DNA of 64,000 bases from Minutocellus sp. GHC0000111 (lineage: Eukaryota): NCBI GenBank assembly GCA_977018835.1, contig OZ361257.1:5332001-5396000 (forward strand), read 5' to 3'. Positions 58,461-64,000 of the stretch are shown here, piece by piece. Positions within the stretch are counted from its first letter, which is position 1; the number at the start of each line of letters is the position of its first letter. The position numbers and the translations under genes were made by a program. The notes under the pieces were generated by a model, which did no database searches, was not told the DNA's origin, and saw only the letters and a list, made by a program, of their open reading frames with translations.

Positions 58461-61433
58461 CTAGCCCTGCATAAAAAAGTCCGCTTCCATTTCAGCAGCA
58501 AAGTCTTCATCTTCGCTGCTGTCGCTTCCGCTCAAGAGCAACCTGTTTCCTATTTCTTCTGAAACAGCATCCTTAGTAACAGATGGCTTGGCAGGTTTGG
58601 GAGCAATTGGCTTCCTAGTTCTACCGTGGGGAACCTTTGGCGGTGGCCCGATGAGGTGATTTGGTGTAAGCTCTCGGCGTGTAATCGACCACCAGCACTC
58701 CATGAGCCATGAGATCCGGACGACGGCACAGCCGGGGACCTTTCGGGCCTTTAGTGTCTTCTCTGTACCGTCTCTCGCGGCAATGACATGCGTTGAGTCT
58801 GAGTTTACGTCAGCCATAACTTTAGCACCGAGACTCTCGGCATACCGAACAATCGAAGGTCGGACGGTGGCACCGGTGGCCATCTGATTCTGTTTGTGTA
58901 GAGGTACCAGTCCACTCAAGACGACCTTGCAAGAAGGAGACGAGCCCAGAACATTTCTCCTTAAATCGCAAAGTATTCCCGGGACAGAGAGCCGATCGCG
59001 CTTCTCCTCGCTCACTGTTGCGGCATAATACCGGTCATGGACTCGACGTAAAATATCGCCCATCCATAGAAGCTGTCTCTCTTGCTGTTCTTCATCCTCG
59101 ATACTTTCTGCCCTATTATCCTTCTCACCCCCAGCCTTGGTCACGTCGACGCCGGCCTCATTGTTGACATCGGCAAAACCCGAAAATGGTTTCCAGTGAT
59201 ACGGCCGGATAAGAAGTAGATTGTCAGGCGGTTCTCCAGGTCTTCCAGTGGCATTGTTTTCTGCATTGGCCCAGACATCTTCGCGATCGTCAATGATTGC
59301 AGCCATGGTACCTCCGCAGGGAAATACTCGTCTAAGGGACTTGACATCCCTGCCCAGATCGCTCACATCCGTGCGAGATACGATGCGGGATCCAAACAAT
59401 TTCATTCGAAGCTCATTGGCCTTCTTTTCCAGACGCTCGGCCTCTCCAAGGTCGGCGCGCAGACGCTTGACGGTGGCCTCCAGCTCGGACTGGTCGAAAT
59501 TTTCTTCTTCAACGCGTTTGGCCTCGGCGGCCTCGTCCTTGGCTGTTGACGCCGCTGCCTTTTCCTTGGCGTTGGCTGAATCTTTTGTCTCTTCTTTGGC
59601 AGCTGGGTCGAAGCTGACTCTCTTTCGTTTGCGAGGAATTGGGTCACTGTCAGAGCTCTTGGGAGTAGATTTTCCGTCAACTTTGCTGTCGTCAAAGGAT
59701 ACACCTTTGGGCGCATTGTCGGCTTTGCTCTTTGCAGAAGCGTCGGTGTTCGTGGGGGGCTTTTCGTCACTCAAACTGCTTTTACCATCATCACCTTCGT
59801 CGCCCTTCTTTTCTTCGGCCGCCTCCAAGTCGGCAATTCCCTTGCTCTGCTCCCCCCCGGCCTCTTCCTCTTCCATATCATCGAAAATGACGCTCACGTC
59901 CTCACGAATCTGAGTCTCCTCCTCCTCTTCGGCCACCGATGCCTTGAACTTTTGGTTCAGTCCCTCCACATAACGCCGCCGCTTCATCCTTGCCTCGTGC
60001 CACCGGGCGCGCTCCTCGGCGGCCGCCAGGCTCCGGCGCAGGTTGTTGAGCTCCTCCTCGTCCAGCCGCGCGCCGACGATGTGCCGGCTGATGACGTGGG
60101 CCACCTTGTGCGCGTACGACCGCGTACCGGCCGTGTAGATGGTCAGCTCGTACCGCTCGTTGGCCTCGGTGAGGAACTTGGCCAGATGCGGCCGCAGCTT
60201 GACGTAGTGCCTGAGGGGGGGCGGGATCTGCTCGTTGATCTGCGTCACGTTGCTCATGGGCGTGGCACCCTCCATCATGGGCAGGACGAGGGTCCGGACG
60301 TCCTCCCTCCTCCGACGACGATTCTCGTCGTCGAGGAGGAGGCAGGACCGCGCCACGTAGGCCTCGGCCCGGGGGTCGGCCGTGGCGTGGAGGAGGGTGT
60401 GGTCCAGATCCAGGACGAGGGACAGCTTCTTGGCCGACCGGAGGCGGGCGGAGGAATCGGACGCGATGGATTTGGCCTCCGATTGCGATATGGATATGGT
60501 CAGACCTCCCGATACGGTGAGGTGGCTGCTACCAGCAGCACTGCCAGTGGTGACGGTGCCTCCGGTTGGGCTTTTGCCTGTCGGGGTGTGAGAATGCAGA
60601 GATGATGACGACGACGATGGCGACGGCGACGATGATGACGCTGCTGTGGCACCACCACTAACAGCCGACCCTCCCTTTCGATCGACGGTGGATCCGCAGA
60701 CGGCACACAGACCATCAATAACGGCCGGGTGGTGACATGGTTCGACGTATCCAACCACCACCGTGATGCCACCCTCGGCGCCTTTGGGGTCACTGCCGCT
60801 GCTGCCAGCGGCGATGCGCAGGAACCCATCCGAGGGTGCCTTGAGAGGAATTGAGGATGGAACTCCACTATTGACGGAAGTACCAGTACCAGCGGTACTC
60901 GTCGCTGTGCCGTTGGCCTTGCCGCCCTTGGGCGTCTCCTCCTCGGTCGTCCCATCGTCACCGGCAACGCTGCTGTTGGTCGTGCCGGTACCGCCGGAAG
61001 CGGTGCTGCCGCCCCCCGTGAGGGTCGAATCGGTCCGCCCGATGCCGGCCACGAGCGATCCCAGACTCAGGCCGCCGGCCTTTTTCTTGGGGACTGCTGC
61101 TGCCGTTGTTGAAGTCAAAGCCTTTTGCTGCTTGTCGGATGATGTCACCACCGCCGCCGTGGCCGCCGCTGCTGCCTTGTGCCGTGGCCGGGCGCGCTTC
61201 TTGGGCCGGATTAGGCCACCGCTAGCGGTACCACTGCCGCTACCACTCGCACCCGCATTTGAACCGCCACTTGCATTGCCCTTCGCCCCATCGCCACCGC
61301 TGATGCAGTATCCCAGCACGTCCCCCGCTCGGACCGAGGCGCCCGCCTCCACTCGCCAGGATACAGAGGTACACCCCGCGGGCAGTTTTAGGGCCATCTT
61401 TTGGTCGTTGTCGGCGGCAAGCGAGGACGTCAT
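58461..61433 (-). CDS. FCP1: RNA polymerase II CTD phosphatase Fcp1-like with BRCT domain
   Basis: CHHP...GLCAVCG, LVLDLDHTLLHAT, YVKLRP, IIDDREDVW, THVIAA..GTEK, WL.ECWW. Confidence 0.95.
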   Translation of the reverse strand: MTSSLAADNDQKMALKLPAGCTSVSWRVEAGASVRAGDVLGYCISGGDGAKGNASGGSNAGASGSGSGTASGGLIRPKKRARPRHKAAAAATAAVVTSSDKQQKALTSTTAAAVPKKKAGGLSLGSLVAGIGRTDSTLTGGGSTASGGTGTTNSSVAGDDGTTEEETPKGGKANGTATSTAGTGTSVNSGVPSSIPLKAPSDGFLRIAAGSSGSDPKGAEGGITVVVGYVEPCHHPAVIDGLCAVCGSTVDRKGGSAVSGGATAASSSSPSPSSSSSSLHSHTPTGKSPTGGTVTTGSAAGSSHLTVSGGLTISISQSEAKSIASDSSARLRSAKKLSLVLDLDHTLLHATADPRAEAYVARSCLLLDDENRRRRREDVRTLVLPMMEGATPMSNVTQINEQIPPPLRHYVKLRPHLAKFLTEANERYELTIYTAGTRSYAHKVAHVISRHIVGARLDEEELNNLRRSLAAAEERARWHEARMKRRRYVEGLNQKFKASVAEEEEETQIREDVSVIFDDMEEEEAGGEQSKGIADLEAAEEKKGDEGDDGKSSLSDEKPPTNTDASAKSKADNAPKGVSFDDSKVDGKSTPKSSDSDPIPRKRKRVSFDPAAKEETKDSANAKEKAAASTAKDEAAEAKRVEEENFDQSELEATVKRLRADLGEAERLEKKANELRMKLFGSRIVSRTDVSDLGRDVKSLRRVFPCGGTMAAIIDDREDVWANAENNATGRPGEPPDNLLLIRPYHWKPFSGFADVNNEAGVDVTKAGGEKDNRAESIEDEEQQERQLLWMGDILRRVHDRYYAATVSEEKRDRLSVPGILCDLRRNVLGSSPSCKVVLSGLVPLHKQNQMATGATVRPSIVRYAESLGAKVMADVNSDSTHVIAARDGTEKTLKARKVPGCAVVRISWLMECWWSITRRELTPNHLIGPPPKVPHGRTRKPIAPKPAKPSVTKDAVSEEIGNRLLLSGSDSSEDEDFAAEMEADFFMQG

Positions 61434-61841
61434 GGTGGCAGCGCCGACCTGGCTTGGTCTGACCTTGACCTTGACCTAACTCAACTTGGCTCGTGTCGTG
61501 GGAGCAGCGATGGATGAGAAGGATGGCCCAGGCAGGAGGGACAGAGAAAAAAATCGTCGGCCGGCCCCGGATCAAGTCGTTCTGGAAACTCGAAAGGATC
61601 GCGCCAAAGACCGAGCACTCCAAAATCCTTCCACGATAGATTATAACTGTTTTGCCAATAGATTGCACAGGGAGAGGATAGAAGTCAGTGGGTACACGTA
61701 GCACCGATACCGATACCGTTGTCTCCAAGATCTGACGGCATTATTTGCGTGCGACGGACAGACCATCGTTTTTCGCTCGCTCGCTCGCTCGCTCGCTCTC
61801 GCACCGCGAATCATGCCGGTGCCGCTCATTCATAACGAGAC

Positions 61842-62468
61842 ATGTCCCTCGTACGGCACGTGAAGCTGCGGGTACCGGCGGGCGCCGCCCGGCCGGGTCC
61901 TGCGATCGGCCAAGCGCTGGGTCCCCTGGGCATCAACATGGCCGACTTCTGCAAGCAGTTCAACGACAAGACCGAGACCATGGGCTACGAGAAGGAGACG
62001 CCCCTCACCGTCCAGCTCAGCGCGTTGAGCGACCGGTCCTTCACCTTCGACATGCGGAGTCCGCCGACCAGCTACCTGGTGAAGAAGGCCGCGGGCGTCG
62101 ACAAGGGACCCAACAGCCCCAACGCCGACACCCCCGTGGGATTTATTACGCCCGAGGCCGTGTACGAGATTGCCAAGGTCAAGAGCGCCGATCAGCATCG
62201 GTGGCACCTCCCCCTCGATGGGGTGGCCCGGAGCGTCATCGGTACGGCGCGGAGCATGGGGATTCGGGTGAAGGAGAGCGAAGACGACCAGGCGGCGGCC
62301 GGTGGCGATGATGGTGGTGCCAAGGAGGCGGCGGACGCTGCTGGTGGAGAAAAAAGGGCAAGAAGAAGAAATAAGTCAACGAATGCCGGTAAGGCGACAT
62401 ATAATAGTAGCAATGTATATATATACTTCGATATGCTTCGATCGCTTATTCGAAGCATCGATGCATAA
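61842..62468 (+). CDS. MRPL11: Ribosomal protein uL11, probably mitochondrial
   Basis: VKLRVPAG.A.PGPAIGQALGPLGINMADFCKQFN, PPTSYL.KKAAG, GTARSMG. The C-terminal tail is uncertain. Confidence 0.92.
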   Translation: MSLVRHVKLRVPAGAARPGPAIGQALGPLGINMADFCKQFNDKTETMGYEKETPLTVQLSALSDRSFTFDMRSPPTSYLVKKAAGVDKGPNSPNADTPVGFITPEAVYEIAKVKSADQHRWHLPLDGVARSVIGTARSMGIRVKESEDDQAAAGGDDGGAKEAADAAGGEKRARRRNKSTNAGKATYNSSNVYIYFDMLRSLIRSIDA

Positions 62469-62954
62469 TTTTGTGCAAATGCAAACATCTGCATTTGGTG
62501 GAAACAAGGGAGGCCCATGATGATGAGGAGGAGGAGGAGAGGAGGAGGAGGAAGGTCTTGGTGGAGGTAAAACTTTTGCCAGAAAAAGAGACAGGTACCG
62601 GTAAATCCGGCGGCAGACAGGCCAAGTGAGGGGGGATCGCATTTCCAGTACATGTAGCCTTGATGCCCACGCACGTTGGTGTTCATGGCCGGGAATTCAT
62701 CAGCTGCAGCAGAGCAGCAATCAATTATTTTGTTTCGTCTGTTCGTGGTCGGTCCGCTGATCTAAATGAGAATGAGTACTCTTATGGTTATTTCGGTGTT
62801 CATGGTGAAAGTCGAGCAGTGCCTTTGTCACAGATTGATGAAGATACGGGGGGTGCCGCATCTTTCATTTCCTAAGTAGTAGCTAGCCGCACCCTGCCTT
62901 GACTGTTGCGAAGATTACATTCGCATACTTGCATCGGGTCAGTTGCCACGATAG

Positions 62955-64000
62955 ATGACACGAACATCCCTCTTCCCAACCTCCTTCCTTCTGGTCATCG
63001 CCTGCTGCCAAGCTGCCGTCCGATGTAGCCCATCGCTCGGCGGGGGCGTTTGCCCGTCTGACAACACATGTTGCCCTGTCTACAACGCAAATGGGCAGCT
63101 ACTTGCCAATGCATCAAGTTGCATTCCCCCGAATTCCCACATTGCGACTGGACCTGGTGTCTGCTGCGGAAGTTCGAGGAGTGGCAGCCCGTGGGGTCAG
63201 CCCATCTTCACCGGCTGCTCTGCCTGCTACAGATGTACGTCGCAAATAGACATAGATGGAAAGATCAATGAATATTGTAGCCGTGTCGCAGATGAAGAAG
63301 AAGTTGACGTGAAGAAGAGTAGAAAACTATTGCGTAGAAGCGGTCACAATCGCGGCACCATTTGTAGCAACCAAACAGATGCGATTCACCCGCCATTCTT
63401 CCCTCGGTATCACCTGTGCACCTTGAATCGAGAAGCTTTGGAGACTGTGCATGGATTTCCCACAAAAGGCCAATCCAACTATGAACTAGCTTATTACTCC
63501 AATATGGGTTCGATCAGTGAAGCCAAACCAGGTGTGCGATTTATTTTTATTGCTATCCACGGAAGCTCGAGAATAGCAGATGACTACCTATGTGCCGCGG
63601 TTGGTACGATCCAATTGCAGAGTCGGTATACCCCTGATTCAGTGTTGGTCGTATCACCTCATTTCCTAGTCCCCGAAGATTTAGAGCCTGATTTCAAGCC
63701 CACACAAGCCGGTGCGCTTCCAGCTCGGTGGAACGAAACCTATCCGATAGAACATACATGGCGCTATGGATCAGAATCCATTCGAGGTGGAATCAGTTCA
63801 TTCGACACTATTGACAGTCTGTTAGATCATTTTATCTTGGATCAAAGAAGTTTCTATCCAAATTTAGAGGCCATTGCTATTGCCGGTCATTCCGCGGGTG
63901 GGCAGTTCGTTCAGCGATATGCTTTGCTATCGTCGCATTGGGCGCTCGATGCCAAGATATCGCAAACAAACACAGAAGGGATGCGAAACATCCAGGTTAG
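62955..64000 (+). CDS. Secreted alpha/beta hydrolase with N-terminal granulin-like Cys-rich domain (runs off window end; not in the ORF track)
   Basis: MTRTSLFPTSFLLVIACCQA signal; C..GGVCPSDNTCC..SC..VCC..GC..C; IHGSSR.ADDY, WRYG, SSFDTID, IAGHSAGGQFVQRYA. Confidence 0.85.
   Translation, partial: MTRTSLFPTSFLLVIACCQAAVRCSPSLGGGVCPSDNTCCPVYNANGQLLANASSCIPPNSHIATGPGVCCGSSRSGSPWGQPIFTGCSACYRCTSQIDIDGKINEYCSRVADEEEVDVKKSRKLLRRSGHNRGTICSNQTDAIHPPFFPRYHLCTLNREALETVHGFPTKGQSNYELAYYSNMGSISEAKPGVRFIFIAIHGSSRIADDYLCAAVGTIQLQSRYTPDSVLVVSPHFLVPEDLEPDFKPTQAGALPARWNETYPIEHTWRYGSESIRGGISSFDTIDSLLDHFILDQRSFYPNLEAIAIAGHSAGGQFVQRYALLSSHWALDAKISQTNTEGMRNIQV

Overview
Gene-dense, intron-poor eukaryotic nuclear DNA, almost certainly from a diatom (frustulin-type C[EQ]GDCD repeats, signal+'AF' bipartite plastid leaders, short GT-AG introns). 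About 27 protein-coding genes can be supported. The standout is a candidate new selenoprotein on the minus strand (3381-4118). It is a DCC1/DUF393 thiol-disulfide oxidoreductase whose DxxCxxC motif reads YDGP-UGA-GV-UGA, with both Cys positions as in-frame UGA, and a well-formed SECIS-like hairpin with an unusually long apical stem lies ~55 nt after its stop. Other notable items: (1) a tandem-fused IGPD (HisB) whose two domains have lost complementary metal ligands; (2) a membrane-anchored GH161 beta-1,3-glucan phosphorylase with a vacuolar dileucine motif; (3) a frustulin-repeat/PhoX-like fusion; (4) phytochelatin-synthase/GNAT, class-C GPCR/TPR-like and CRAL-TRIO/putative DNA-binding fusions; (5) TA-flanked MITEs whose termini match abundant palindromic excision footprints; (6) 5'-truncated retroelement copies with (CAC)n tails and TSDs. 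Several genes carry single-base indels or nonsense codons, which suggests a locally noisy assembly and is the main caveat for every stop-codon claim. All family assignments come from motif recognition by eye; no database searches were run.
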